Shown here: positions 20,501-28,474 of the stretch, in pieces | Numbering within the stretch: the first letter of the stretch is position 1 | Layout of the letters: each line of letters starts with the position of its first letter | Origin: a virus | Direction: 5' to 3' (one strand) | Length of the DNA stretch: 64,000 nt | Virus record (IMG/VR): IMGVR_UViG_3300035698_006183 | Span: 1-64,000 of that record | Made by a program: the position numbers and the translations under genes | The notes under the pieces: model-generated | Seen by the model: the letters and a program-made list of their open reading frames with translations, nothing else | Databases searched by the model: none | What the model was told of the DNA's origin: nothing

Positions 20501-23201
20501 AACATACAAAGAATCTATCATACGGCTCAAGTATACAGCTCTGGCCATTGATGGTGTCACTGGTGAATGTACTTTAACACTTCCTCCTGTAGCTACATCC
20601 ACGGAAGCTGCCTATGCCGGCGGTAAGATAGTAGCAGTACCTGGTGACTCTGATTATGCAGTTATAACAACAGAAGCTGAAAGAACAGCTCTCCTTGATG
20701 ATTCTTATCAGGTGTCTGGGATGAAAGCCTGGCCAGTTAATGTTTCTGGTGAGAAGGACGGCTTGCCTATAAATAATGTGGTTGGTTATGATGACCCTGC
20801 TGCTCCAGGTGTAACAGCTAATGGTTTCTTACATCTGAACATTGATAGTCGATTAACTGATACGACAGCCCAGCAGTATGGGATTGCCGACTTCATCAAC
20901 ACCCCAACAGGTTTTGCACCCGGACTCATTTACCCAGCAGTTTACGAACCTATGGCCAGTAATGATTTCTATGACGATAGAGAAACACCTGTTTATAATT
21001 TTGTGGTAGGTGTTCTCATCAATAGCATTTTAGATGCAGATTGGGAAACAGCAGACCTTCCTACCACTTCTATGGGGAATTCAGTAGCTTGGGATTATTT
21101 TGCCAATTGCCTGCTACCTTCGTCTCATCTGACCTTGGGTGTTCCTACTGTAGTTCCTACAACTCCTGGACATTTAGCTTTTTCAGGTGTTTACTTGGAG
21201 CCTTCTGTTCCTCGATCAGCTTTGGGTTTGATTGAAGACCATCCGAGAGTGGTTGATTCCAATCAGATTCTCCCTGACCCACAACCTTTGGCAGACCCCG
21301 ATAGAGAGATTGGTGCAAGAAGCTCTGATTCCTACGGGGACTTTGCGGGAACACCTCCTGTTCACACAACACCGTCGGCAGTGGAGTTTGAAGTTCGACG
21401 GATACGTCGTTTCCATAATATCCAGGATGTCAACCTGAAGCTGACACCTCTCCGATTCGTTTACGAAATACGACGTGGCAGGATTACAGACTATACCAGT
21501 GACCCCCTGACAACAGGGCAACGGGGAATCGTGGAAGCTATTGATTTCACAATGGATTACGACCCAACTCCTCATGTCTCAGGCCAACCGAAAACTCCAG
21601 ATGTTTGGAACGATGGGATGGAATATACCGGTACAAACCTCGGACCTTACCTGACTGCATACTTGACTCCGAATGAAGATGTCAATGTTAATGCTGGAGA
21701 TATGTTCCGTCTTCTGGATGAGGACGGAGAGGTACTAGAAGAAGCTCGTATCGAACGTATCGTAGGTGCAGGAACCATTCAGTTGGCTGCCCCCGGATTG
21801 GTGACAAAAACACCAACTGAGTTAACAGATGATGGTGGGATGAGATTTGAAATCTATCTGAACAAAGCTCCCGTTCCTATCGAACAGTCTGTGGAAGAAC
21901 TATTTGAATTGGTTGTAGATAAGGAAGTCCTTCGGACAGATGCTACCTGGGGAGATATAAACACTGATGAAAAAGGTGGGTATGTTCCCGAGTCCACAGG
22001 AGATTGGGATGCTGATGCCAACAAACTGTATGATGACCTCAATGTAGATGGTGGCAGTAGTGCTGCAACTTTCGGGAACTTAGGTGTTCGTAAAGGGGAC
22101 ATTGTAATTGTAGACCCGTTAGGGAAAGTTCCTCAGAGGTCGGGAAGCCCAGCCATCCAGGAACGTGGTATGCGTCCCATTGGAGATATGGGTGTAGATG
22201 GCCGAGTAGGTTGGAAAGATGGGGCACCAATTACTGACCCTCCAACTTCCCAGTACATTGCAGGGAACCCTGACTCTCGTGATGATAACCGTGGTTACTA
22301 CAGAGTTACTGGTATAGACGACTCAGGAGCTGACCCATTCCTTGAACTGACAGGGATTTCAACATTCTCAGGAGCCAGAGATGAGGATGTGGTGTTTGAC
22401 TCTACGGATACGGAACGGGCTTATGCTATTTACCCGACCGTGCATCAGTCACCAATAACTTCGAACCTTGCTGAAGGGCAGATGGATTTACGTCCGACTA
22501 AGAAACGGGTGGGTGATAAGTTCAACTACCCGCTGAACTTCAATTCTATCCGACCCTTCTCGTACCGAGTTATTCGGCCTTCTAAATTGTTCTCTGACGA
22601 AACCATTGATTTGGTTCTGATGATGAGGGAACGGCTCTTGTCTCTCATTGAACTGATTGGACGAGGATTCGAAGGTAAAAGTGGGGATTACTGGACGTTC
22701 CAGAAGTTTAACCACATCGAGGACTTGGGTTCAGTTACAAATGCTGAGGATGGCATGGGCTTGTTATCAAATGCCTTCTTGCTGTCCGTTCTGGGTAGAA
22801 CTGACGTGTCCCCATTCTTGAACAATGCTTCATGTCTCTCAATCCTGGACCGTAGGTTCTGGGTGATGGACACCAGGTTAGATTCATTGGCTCCGGCCCG
22901 TGCTATAGATAACAATCCTTTCGGGATGAGACAGGTTGAAGCTGGAGTTGACCAGCCTTATACTGCCTATAATGACAGTACAGGAGAGGGTGTTCGTCCA
23001 GTGCTTCCAGATAGGATAGACGATGCTCTTGACCAACGTGACAGATTCCGACCGATTCGGTATGTGTGGTTGGCTTATAGAACTCACAAACTTCTGGGTT
23101 CCTTGGCTGCTATCAGACGGTTTGACACAGAATATGTCGAGCGTCGTTCCCAGCAGCTTCAACTTCTCTTGAAGCAGGAGTCCTTGGAGAAAATAACATG
23201 A
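11568..23201 (+). CDS. Giant (3877 aa) acidic multidomain virion structural protein
   Basis: Uninterrupted 11.6-kb ORF that starts immediately after the previous stop (TAGATG). D/E/P/G-rich, beta-rich, and contains small domains shared with baseplate proteins in this window. No enzyme motif recognised. Confidence 0.65.
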   Translation: MSFQFDGKVLEGVRQSPVNAPTTDEPGTSVVRDIRALPANYTLGSPDLVSAPTDQYRVAALDAPGSSIVEYLVWAQNSAQLATVDDTDWWTTEGLGNIPIGALDVIAYPGPDQELFTDGTANVVVVDNGDRSIGTISWLVVARGDVEYDDDGWDDVDNPAAGREGNLPYLAFEILPENQNPVSGVVTLTDAQLALLDGGLSIERGDRVIQPRYTAATPRFWWTRNDRYEKRFGWNAALQRWEPWKGSGVKNLGYLLLDEASFTMDPKLQNFPVGSFLPGDASEPDAYSMIRLGSDPGINSVPAGPGNGFLGIQVKPDDVVEDFDFSTASDLIGVMGQTNGKLVFNPAYVNTQAGKSVWYSYKGFSEDEDGMIGSIQDALTSELFLAPLPGPTDSILLRYGNRSYLDTVTFANDAALQAEVADPAEGQVYLSLSTGRLRLSPVDMGKADPDSPATFSKYYLGADVIYDGVALCQRPQPTRSPVRLLVDGDDLFLPEAEYLPDAYNDTDWNNAYRGLGTSGILNVPDETGALPLDIGVVPVRPGGDNSATDSNVGMVRALTDGVSDLIIFGRNHAITATRPYRIPDDKPSHIRGGNAYVCLQLESGDPGSRVEMGRYDRQKLDGDYIYFLQAALVPATFTTEAKLYSRNRDIFRFDGGEILYFAVDGTSYEWDSSDLLTGFPDQASFTTEEVADSISIDSVPLLPAGAITAHLGRILITGTASVEIGFGGAGKDLSGAAVLGFLPGWRATEGEPCWLPDSGVSVGLFRSPVNLDRSKATTDFAYVDRIREGLLSESLQPNPFFFFLNPPLQDVAGYNENFFFQLVNYIIDGDDIQIIYKNLEHYKDIIYRFGQNKFDWVGEGSYREPVERALDTLDLGAAGIVPESMMGAPGIPGALYVNTGEGGLVLQDQDDDYILPFDGSPGNATLIHRFGRRISFGAQGEFVEDSTTFTDTSLTTDFNDLDSPVLPGYRLKLTTGDAEGSYTVESVDSDNTLTVSPAFLWTSELPVTWELFEGYSRDVYDPMIVADMLYKEFSPLSEEPFKVRVLSYLGLVPEDSSVQDTGRLVANVEGALSSDRPINLRYKPEPLTAENTVSLTWLTKLDIGVIENGARVISGVTDLRFTSEAFSIQIGTVVYSHGDSTYLLEGVTSFSSDPGASVEYLTVDTDPEFPKGMLKFGSSVLATYAESHVLVKDEFLDPSDMEELQAELSPWTGEVNLSDTDMVAFTGERAYFVEQMDTKKDLSVQPMSGSCAFLRPLPKGVLVEMEYYGADLEGRKLQYPVLSLDGEPTGLTETRQITEFLPVFIRDEVAVRESNRVFTFNIDQNTVYEDIDPIIYIRAAQQNYNETNCVVNYLPDGRGQLTFITYDVTEGVDVKITYAVAESQGGERAYETSTKPVYRPPFYITANQNRFGIRGDRADEFVAGQLLRFGKENFYVKGAKYYEAGTDNEGNETGDITAVYIFPQTTQEVGTRAPARDILALQTQMPITPVVDPKGNVIGPDGTAHEVNTSASPGLMYELDLTEFPFEPMNRGQTDIVFTGNLLFLAVPGHIIEFGGVPYTIARAALSDDGSRSVVSIASGIRQAFEMADEPTVRLTYRPVYPPNVTDLLGVGAFVPEEGYELVQYGLMDGDNELPGKTLVNTVDYTFDLGSGKVTLLEPIQEPLNAPESLAMSFVRLRQLAPYMENGAIVRPTYSASYLNSITPSKENDLLGATLRGTYTFRSPDTFYFRIVPMSQFLVEVTTEVIEEISSQQPASGAPKPSGGQDNWDFGRTGLKTERRHLTNKDRVARTFMDFYNVATNSFEQVLESITGDIVGDRDGKFKFWIGRGKEWPTPGYEDEITGDLTPRNVWTDVFSSAASGYVYVQPFDKLVNPLKTFYIEDSKLHGDVPDIDTLNLMMDSQKDIVTNEVDDIVLTNFWAGFKRKSGWPFYYFILNGQFNWMYQNHKFSRIFPRWTKTFLRTNPGIESNLDAGEPGWYSAGRYDSEDAYRRTTQMTIGQVANPVLGDIGEIRSLFLNKRMARARIWQYYPYGIPEGSFGLVSGSPSPAIEVPCVIATQGWLREFPIDPETGYPDKSQFLNNNGEFPDLDTGDPEMAVPPFIIGEQLGWGKPNGRIAEAYCGSLTKESGSVINALTGLFVNEILYSCVLTFQDANGDLIEDPNNVLVGTSPTTGVVAEGYLEQGDTVQSVPISGTADISNPPTTEDMELLANNSSTYRAGFDIQHAQDGQLLDVTLPSKDDPAFWALKEIVGQNPPPPLTCLEGSVEFYYEGQNPLLIPALEGLPQDDAGDYHVPFLRVTNTELDRFNEGIILADILKVDSHVPLAWGVYPDEWLGNDGCVMTIPSDPAQSAFIPLTEPASLLTATDVQPKATVSSEEPGTADLDEYDLLFTQVEATSPFVQSSLLTEGPMGIQSVGRIRNRDGAWNLGTGDPTSGWGSIIEPPRFITQTKQGSPIRYKIENAMVSEAPSGQFYGVKLRTYDVTGYIVLDFTGMNIDMSGLDAIYAASPDNYISIKLISHDDGDAIIGPGGIPAPPFGSELLALDIQQSTGLRVTNYTAASLLMPTLTNAQFGVDGAVIAALPGMDPADYLAGNTRYILLTCTSLTPAVMDLIWDLPNPPVAPLAHPGWFIPYEVRDFGGSLYTSADYGMDFVFDIDTYNIPSSLGESTTAYISSDRLTFNENIDFDLARERGAVHALNPATELETRLAIYEVTVGHDSVLPTYASTINTFCNGESAGQPVPFTFLPRGGVVATSGSLVVHGFEGYENTPILGNEATFSGAASNDQTTVPSYGSICKGTGVMESKFDSGLTPLDATLYDNRVASTIITDPTAPLDGMAQIESGDILVIKQDPNGEATTKAGTYLVRHSIPQHDPVGSPAEEWWESAPVSIAGSEKDWCPVHFPTIVSYDEGTRELVLTDPAWIRAIEAGNTVAGYPIGWESGFPDPIAGTTFIYIIRNVDALATVDPGGTPEEYDVAATTYKESIIRLKYTALAIDGVTGECTLTLPPVATSTEAAYAGGKIVAVPGDSDYAVITTEAERTALLDDSYQVSGMKAWPVNVSGEKDGLPINNVVGYDDPAAPGVTANGFLHLNIDSRLTDTTAQQYGIADFINTPTGFAPGLIYPAVYEPMASNDFYDDRETPVYNFVVGVLINSILDADWETADLPTTSMGNSVAWDYFANCLLPSSHLTLGVPTVVPTTPGHLAFSGVYLEPSVPRSALGLIEDHPRVVDSNQILPDPQPLADPDREIGARSSDSYGDFAGTPPVHTTPSAVEFEVRRIRRFHNIQDVNLKLTPLRFVYEIRRGRITDYTSDPLTTGQRGIVEAIDFTMDYDPTPHVSGQPKTPDVWNDGMEYTGTNLGPYLTAYLTPNEDVNVNAGDMFRLLDEDGEVLEEARIERIVGAGTIQLAAPGLVTKTPTELTDDGGMRFEIYLNKAPVPIEQSVEELFELVVDKEVLRTDATWGDINTDEKGGYVPESTGDWDADANKLYDDLNVDGGSSAATFGNLGVRKGDIVIVDPLGKVPQRSGSPAIQERGMRPIGDMGVDGRVGWKDGAPITDPPTSQYIAGNPDSRDDNRGYYRVTGIDDSGADPFLELTGISTFSGARDEDVVFDSTDTERAYAIYPTVHQSPITSNLAEGQMDLRPTKKRVGDKFNYPLNFNSIRPFSYRVIRPSKLFSDETIDLVLMMRERLLSLIELIGRGFEGKSGDYWTFQKFNHIEDLGSVTNAEDGMGLLSNAFLLSVLGRTDVSPFLNNASCLSILDRRFWVMDTRLDSLAPARAIDNNPFGMRQVEAGVDQPYTAYNDSTGEGVRPVLPDRIDDALDQRDRFRPIRYVWLAYRTHKLLGSLAAIRRFDTEYVERRSQQLQLLLKQESLEKIT

Positions 23202-23431
23202 GAAACATGACCCCTGAGCAACTGGTAGAAGAACTGAAAAAGGCTGGTGTGGACCCTGAACGATGGGTGAATGTCGAAGAAAAGATGGTGAAGCCTGTTG
23301 CTTTAGAGGAACAACGTCGGCTACTGACCAAGATGAGAGACATGTTCGAGGGTATAGTAGAACAGGACCGTAAAAAGGTATTGACACTTAAAGAGCAAGT
23401 AGAACGGCTCAAACACGGGGGAGGCGTTTAA
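23198..23431 (+). CDS. Small coiled-coil protein, unknown function
   Basis: ATGA overlap with the upstream gene, GGAG upstream, and TAATG overlap downstream. Highly charged heptad-like sequence. Confidence 0.7.
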   Translation: MRNMTPEQLVEELKKAGVDPERWVNVEEKMVKPVALEEQRRLLTKMRDMFEGIVEQDRKKVLTLKEQVERLKHGGGV

Positions 23432-26361
23432 TGGCTGATGCACCCCAATGGGGAACCCTTACAATTGAAGTTCCAGATTTTCTGGAATCCACCAGAGATG
23501 CTATCAACAGTGTGGCAGAGTTCCTGGTTACGATGTTAGACATCGTGCTAGCAGCTCTCCAGTTGGTTAAGGCATTCCTGACGGCATTCATTGACCCGAT
23601 TTTGGCACTTATTCAAAAGATTATTGATGAGCTAAATGCTCTCATACAAGATATCCGTCAGATGGGTATCTATATCACTGGTGACTGGAAACTATTTGAC
23701 TATCCTTTCGAAGAACTTCGTGGGGGTTACAACGAATATGAACGTCGGATGATGACTCGGCTGACGGACAGAACTGACCCAACTCGTCCAGATGTTACAG
23801 GCAATATGAAAGTGTTCGGATTGTTTTTCTACCTCTCGGTAGATATCTCTGACATTCAACGGTTGATTGCATTTGTCATGAGGCTGATTGGATTCTTCAA
23901 ACAGGATTGGTTGGCCAATACACTTCCTTCAGTGCAGATTACTGATGTTAGATATGGTTTGGATACCATCAATCTTTTGAACCCGAAGTCTCTGGGTGAT
24001 ACGTTTGATGATATGGCCAAGTCTGGACTCTCGGGACAGGTTCCCCAGGTTGCTCAGGTGAGGTTCAAGACTCAAACCCCTAATAAGAATAGTCCTTTCG
24101 ATCCATTCCCACCGAATATGCTCGGCCCAGATGGGTTCGTCATTACCGTGTCCACTTATCCTGATGGGATAAATGTGAAATATGATAAACCTCGGTTGAA
24201 TACGACGACCGAACCTAATATGAAGAACCCAAAGACAATGGTTCAGCCTCGGGATTACGGGGTTGTACGTGGGACTGATGGCAAACCTGTCGTTATGTAT
24301 GGAGGCACAGCTTCTTCCACTTCTGATACTAAAGGTATGGTGATATTACCCAAGGAGTTGGGCTACAATAACGGGACAGCTAATAATGGTCCTGTAACAG
24401 GTAAGACTCGAATTTACGGATTCTCTAACCCCGCAGACAATGCTCCAATACCTCTCGATGACATGGCTGGTGGTATTTTCCAGAAAACATTCTGGATGGA
24501 CCAGACTCAGGTGGCCTTCCAGTCTTTCACTGGAGAATACACATTCAATATGAATCTGGATGACATGCCTTTAGATGCTGATATTGTTGTTCAGGAGGAT
24601 GGGAAGTCTGAAATAGACCTCGACAGTCTACAGAGGGCTGGGACAGTTCATGTTCGAATAGCTGCTGTAAATAAAGCAGCCCTTCCTGTAAATAATATAG
24701 GTGGATTCAAGTACGATTTTGGTGAATCTAAAGTCACCTCAATGATGGCAGCACCTGGTTATGTAGTTGTTCCTCCAATAAGTGGGGACATTTCAGACAT
24801 TGGCCAATGGTCTAGGCCACAACGGGTGACTTTCCCTACGGCACACACGGCTACATATTTCCAGGCGGTTCAATCAGCTCTGGTTGTCTTGTTCCTGTGT
24901 CGGCCAGATTTGGTAACAAAAGATGAATTGGTACAGCTCCTGACACCTCAGCAGATGACCAAAATAGATGGTGGCCAATTTATTGTTGAAGGGACGGCAG
25001 ATGAGAAGTGTGGATTAGAATCCCTGAAACAACTTCTTCGAGTGATGTACGACGGTGTGCATGGTCCAAGCCAGCAGTGGAAACGAAATGATTCCCTCCC
25101 AGTAGATTTCAGAGTCTCCTTAGATAGACGAGTGCGGAAGTTTACCCAGGATTTATATGCTAAGACTGGGCCGATGTCTGAGATTGAGAAGTTCGTGACC
25201 GAGAGTACCGAGAAACTCCGCAGTGTGAAATGGGGAGAGATTTTAGATGCTTCTGGTTTGTTCCCGAACAGTGACTTCACAGATGATTTCAAAGAGGCCA
25301 CTTTATTAGAAGCCCTCACTAATGATGCAGGTAAAGATACCACGTCTGGGCTGGCTGTTAATCCGTGGAGTATTGGTATCAAAGCTGATGATGCTCTCAT
25401 GAAAGATGGTTTGATTACAGGCCGTACCCCACAGATGTTTGAAGCCTCTACAGGTGATCCTGACGTAGTATTGAAACGGGAACTTCCAGCATCTGAACTG
25501 GCTGAGTACATAACAACACTCCCAGAGAATTACCGTGCCATATATGAAGCCAGCCCTATTGATGATGATAATGTTGTCAAAGTTTCTGATGAGAACTATA
25601 AGACGATGGAGGCTATGAAGAAAGGCCACAAAGAAGGCTCTGGTGACCGTTCTCCCGTCGTGTTCACAGATGTTGAGGGCATTAACCGAGTTATTGCTGG
25701 CACGTCCAGTGGAGATGCTGCCAAGGCTTCTAAGATAGTCTTTGCTCGAAAACTCCTGGTAGAATATGAAGGTGGCCAGCTTATCCAAGAAGCCAAGATT
25801 GCTTTGGGCTTAGCAGGCAACCTTTGGAAACGAAATGATGATGGAGCATGGATTGCAATTCGATTCTTGGATGTAATGCCAGGCATTGATGATTTCCTTG
25901 AAACAATCCGTAACTGGGTTGAAGCTATCAAAGATGCCATCCAGTCCATCGTAGACACAATCGTTAAGTATATCGAATGGTTAGAAGCTCGTATCATCGA
26001 GATTCAGCAACTGATTCGTCGTATCAATGCTCTCATCCAGTCCCTCCTGGGTCACTTATTCCAGGTGCCTGCATGTTCAGCTTTGATGTGTATCTCGAAC
26101 GGAACAGACGGCTTAGTGTCTGACTTGACGGGTTCTCAGTACAAACCGAATGATGGACCCCTGGCTTATGGGGCTGGGGTTGCTTTGGTAGTTCCATTCA
26201 TGCCATCGTTTGTTTACGATTTATTATTGATGATATTCCAAAAACAAGATGGTGAGCCTGACGGTTCCTTGGGTGGGACTGACCCACCAGCAGGAATCCC
26301 GTTAGAAGGTTTACCAGGGGCACCTGACGAATCTCAGGATGACCCACCTGACGTATTATAG
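23431..26361 (+). CDS. 976-aa protein with long amphipathic helices at both ends; probable virion protein
   Basis: GGAGG upstream. Similar I/L-rich helical segments at the N- and C-termini and a hydrophobic stretch 'YGAGVALVVPFMPSFVYDLLLMIF' near the end. Confidence 0.6.
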   Translation: MADAPQWGTLTIEVPDFLESTRDAINSVAEFLVTMLDIVLAALQLVKAFLTAFIDPILALIQKIIDELNALIQDIRQMGIYITGDWKLFDYPFEELRGGYNEYERRMMTRLTDRTDPTRPDVTGNMKVFGLFFYLSVDISDIQRLIAFVMRLIGFFKQDWLANTLPSVQITDVRYGLDTINLLNPKSLGDTFDDMAKSGLSGQVPQVAQVRFKTQTPNKNSPFDPFPPNMLGPDGFVITVSTYPDGINVKYDKPRLNTTTEPNMKNPKTMVQPRDYGVVRGTDGKPVVMYGGTASSTSDTKGMVILPKELGYNNGTANNGPVTGKTRIYGFSNPADNAPIPLDDMAGGIFQKTFWMDQTQVAFQSFTGEYTFNMNLDDMPLDADIVVQEDGKSEIDLDSLQRAGTVHVRIAAVNKAALPVNNIGGFKYDFGESKVTSMMAAPGYVVVPPISGDISDIGQWSRPQRVTFPTAHTATYFQAVQSALVVLFLCRPDLVTKDELVQLLTPQQMTKIDGGQFIVEGTADEKCGLESLKQLLRVMYDGVHGPSQQWKRNDSLPVDFRVSLDRRVRKFTQDLYAKTGPMSEIEKFVTESTEKLRSVKWGEILDASGLFPNSDFTDDFKEATLLEALTNDAGKDTTSGLAVNPWSIGIKADDALMKDGLITGRTPQMFEASTGDPDVVLKRELPASELAEYITTLPENYRAIYEASPIDDDNVVKVSDENYKTMEAMKKGHKEGSGDRSPVVFTDVEGINRVIAGTSSGDAAKASKIVFARKLLVEYEGGQLIQEAKIALGLAGNLWKRNDDGAWIAIRFLDVMPGIDDFLETIRNWVEAIKDAIQSIVDTIVKYIEWLEARIIEIQQLIRRINALIQSLLGHLFQVPACSALMCISNGTDGLVSDLTGSQYKPNDGPLAYGAGVALVVPFMPSFVYDLLLMIFQKQDGEPDGSLGGTDPPAGIPLEGLPGAPDESQDDPPDVL

Positions 26362-26370
26362 GAGGTTTCC

Positions 26371-27237
26371 ATGAGTTCTTTTGATAAAATGGTATCGTGG
26401 CCAGTTGGTTATTTCAGAGCAACTACCAGTTGGCTTCTTCGAAACCGAAAAGAAATCGGGGCACGTATTGATACTATCAATGCTGAGATTGACCGTATTG
26501 GTCATGTGTCTGTTGAGTATGCAGCTTCAACTTCGGAAGAAGGAGAGCTGACAGAAACCAGGACAGCCATCTCAGTTACGGCTGATTCAAATGTTGGGCG
26601 GTTGATGCAGGCTTATGTGGCCAACGGAGGTAATCCTTTCGACATCTCCCCGTTCATGCACCCCCAAGAAGGTTATCCTCACGGTGGTGTGGTTGCTCCA
26701 CAGTCGGTAGATGATAACGAAGACAAACAGCCCGTCATGTTGAAGAATGAAGATGGGACAGATAGTGTTGACTCTGGTTATGGTCCCTCGATGGGTGGTT
26801 GGATGAAGACCGACAGGTATTATGCAGCCCGACAGGGAGGACGTACTTCCCAGGGAAGTTTTGATGCTGATACTGTCCTCACAGGAATGGACTTGGTTCG
26901 TAAATGGGCAAATAAAGAAATTAAAGAACGTCTCCAGGATATGGAGTGGAGGGTTATCAAACAGTGTGATTTACGTGAGCAGTTGATTAAGGAACGTGAT
27001 GAAGTTCTCGTCACTGCTTTCGGTGGTGTAGTTGCTGGAGTTCCTGAGCCTGATGAAGGCCGATTTGACTCCAGCCTTCTGGTTCAAAATGTGGTTCAGG
27101 AAATGTATCAACTGATTTATCAGACGGATGAGACAGGTTTGGTGTCTTCTTTTGCTCCGAATCCTCTGGTTCCTCTATATGGGTTCACATTTAAGGATGT
27201 GGCCTCAGAGATGAATCGGTTCGAAATGGGATGCTGA
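26371..27237 (+). CDS. Hypothetical protein (288 aa)
   Basis: Strong AGGAGG ribosome-binding site before the ATG and fits the operon. Helical C-terminal half; no family recognised. Confidence 0.7.
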   Translation: MSSFDKMVSWPVGYFRATTSWLLRNRKEIGARIDTINAEIDRIGHVSVEYAASTSEEGELTETRTAISVTADSNVGRLMQAYVANGGNPFDISPFMHPQEGYPHGGVVAPQSVDDNEDKQPVMLKNEDGTDSVDSGYGPSMGGWMKTDRYYAARQGGRTSQGSFDADTVLTGMDLVRKWANKEIKERLQDMEWRVIKQCDLREQLIKERDEVLVTAFGGVVAGVPEPDEGRFDSSLLVQNVVQEMYQLIYQTDETGLVSSFAPNPLVPLYGFTFKDVASEMNRFEMGC

Positions 27238-27239
27238 CT

Positions 27240-27270
27240 CGGTGCAGTGCCTATAAAAACCTACCAGTAG
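27240..27270 (+). promoter_or_regulatory. Intergenic motif copy 1 (putative phage late promoter)
   Basis: CGGT-GCAGTGC-CTAT-AAAAACCTACCA-GTAG, upstream of AGGAGG and the gp25-like gene. Same spacing as the copies at 33384 and 50029. Confidence 0.5.
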
Positions 27271-27291
27271 ACCATAGGAGGAGTCCGTTGA

Positions 27292-28470
27292 ATGTCAAGA
27301 GAATTTCAAATAGCATGGCCATGTGACCACCGAACAATCGAAGAAGGAGTTCTTCTTGGTGATGACCGGCGTTCATTGCTTACCAGACAACCTATAGCGG
27401 GGTCTAAGACCGTCCGAGTGATGGTTAATGATGAGCTGTTTGTTCCGCTCGGTGGTTTGTATTCTCCTGCCCAACTTTACGGTTCTACTTCTGGTCCCTT
27501 CGACCTGACTGAAGGGGATGACACTCTGATAGTTGAAACCTCAGCAGGAACTTCAACTGTTTCTTTTGGAGTTACGGGTATTACTCGGCTGACTACAGAC
27601 CAGGTTATCCAGGAACTCCAAAGACAGCAATTCAATAGTGCCGTGGCTGAGAATATTAACGGCCACCTGGTCTTTTCTGACGGTTTAGTCGTCGGCCCTG
27701 ACTCCTATGTAAAAGTTAGAGGTAAAGCTGCGGAATCCCTTGGTTTCGGTTCGGCAGAATGCAACAAAGGGGCCTCGAATCAACGTGGTGCCAGAGGGTT
27801 GCAGTTGTATCCGAGCTGGAATCTTTCAACTCGTCCTGACGATTTAGTAAACCGTTTCCCAGTATTTGATTACCCTGTGAGGGGAAATCCTCTGTTCAAG
27901 GTATCCTACACGGTTATCCCAGAGAGATGCCTTCGATGTGGTGGTTCTTACGTGGAAAACGATTATAGATATGGGATTGATGGCCAGTCAATCATGATTG
28001 AAAACGAGAACTTACTGTACCAGGCGTGTTTGAAGATGCTCCTGACTGATATAGGTAGTAATCCTTATCATACGTGGTATGGAACCAAGATTATGAGCCG
28101 AATTGGAACGAAGGCCGTGTCTGGGGTGTCTATGTTGATTAGTGAAGATGTTCGGAATGCTCTGGCTCGTTACCAGTCCCAGCAGGTAGAGCAGGGGAAA
28201 TACCAACCCGTGTCTCTGAAAGAACAGCTTTATTCGATTTTGAATGTCCAGGTTGTCCCTCATAAGCAGGACCAGACGACGTTCCTGATTGATGTGACAG
28301 TTCGGAGTGCCTCGGGCGACCCTGTAACTTTGAGCATTGTATTTACGGCTCCTTCGGCAGTGGCTTTGATGGGGTCCAATGGACTCATGCTGGGAACCGA
28401 ATCAGTAGGGTTGGGTGATGATAGAGTGTTTCCTAATCAACTGAACCTTAACGGTGTTCCTACGGAGTGA
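27292..28470 (+). CDS. gp25/gpW-like baseplate wedge (sheath-initiator) protein with N-terminal extra domains
   Basis: C-terminal 'LYQACLKMLLTDIGSNPYHTWYGTKIMSRIG...ILNVQV...FLIDVTV' matches the gp25 pattern (L.T..G....P/W.G..L). Lies directly before a J-like gene. Confidence 0.75.
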   Translation: MSREFQIAWPCDHRTIEEGVLLGDDRRSLLTRQPIAGSKTVRVMVNDELFVPLGGLYSPAQLYGSTSGPFDLTEGDDTLIVETSAGTSTVSFGVTGITRLTTDQVIQELQRQQFNSAVAENINGHLVFSDGLVVGPDSYVKVRGKAAESLGFGSAECNKGASNQRGARGLQLYPSWNLSTRPDDLVNRFPVFDYPVRGNPLFKVSYTVIPERCLRCGGSYVENDYRYGIDGQSIMIENENLLYQACLKMLLTDIGSNPYHTWYGTKIMSRIGTKAVSGVSMLISEDVRNALARYQSQQVEQGKYQPVSLKEQLYSILNVQVVPHKQDQTTFLIDVTVRSASGDPVTLSIVFTAPSAVALMGSNGLMLGTESVGLGDDRVFPNQLNLNGVPTE

Positions 28471-28474
28471 TAAT

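Noticed and set aside
11568-23201. Acidic composition as evidence of a halophilic host, or the giant ORF as an RTX/Rhs toxin or adhesin
   Set aside because: Virion proteins are commonly acidic and the tape measure here is Lys-rich. No RTX nonapeptides, YD repeats or signal peptide were seen.
27252-27259. TATAAAAA as a T4-type late promoter
   Set aside because: One mismatch from TATAAATA and not repeated in the other gaps; better explained as part of the three-block motif.
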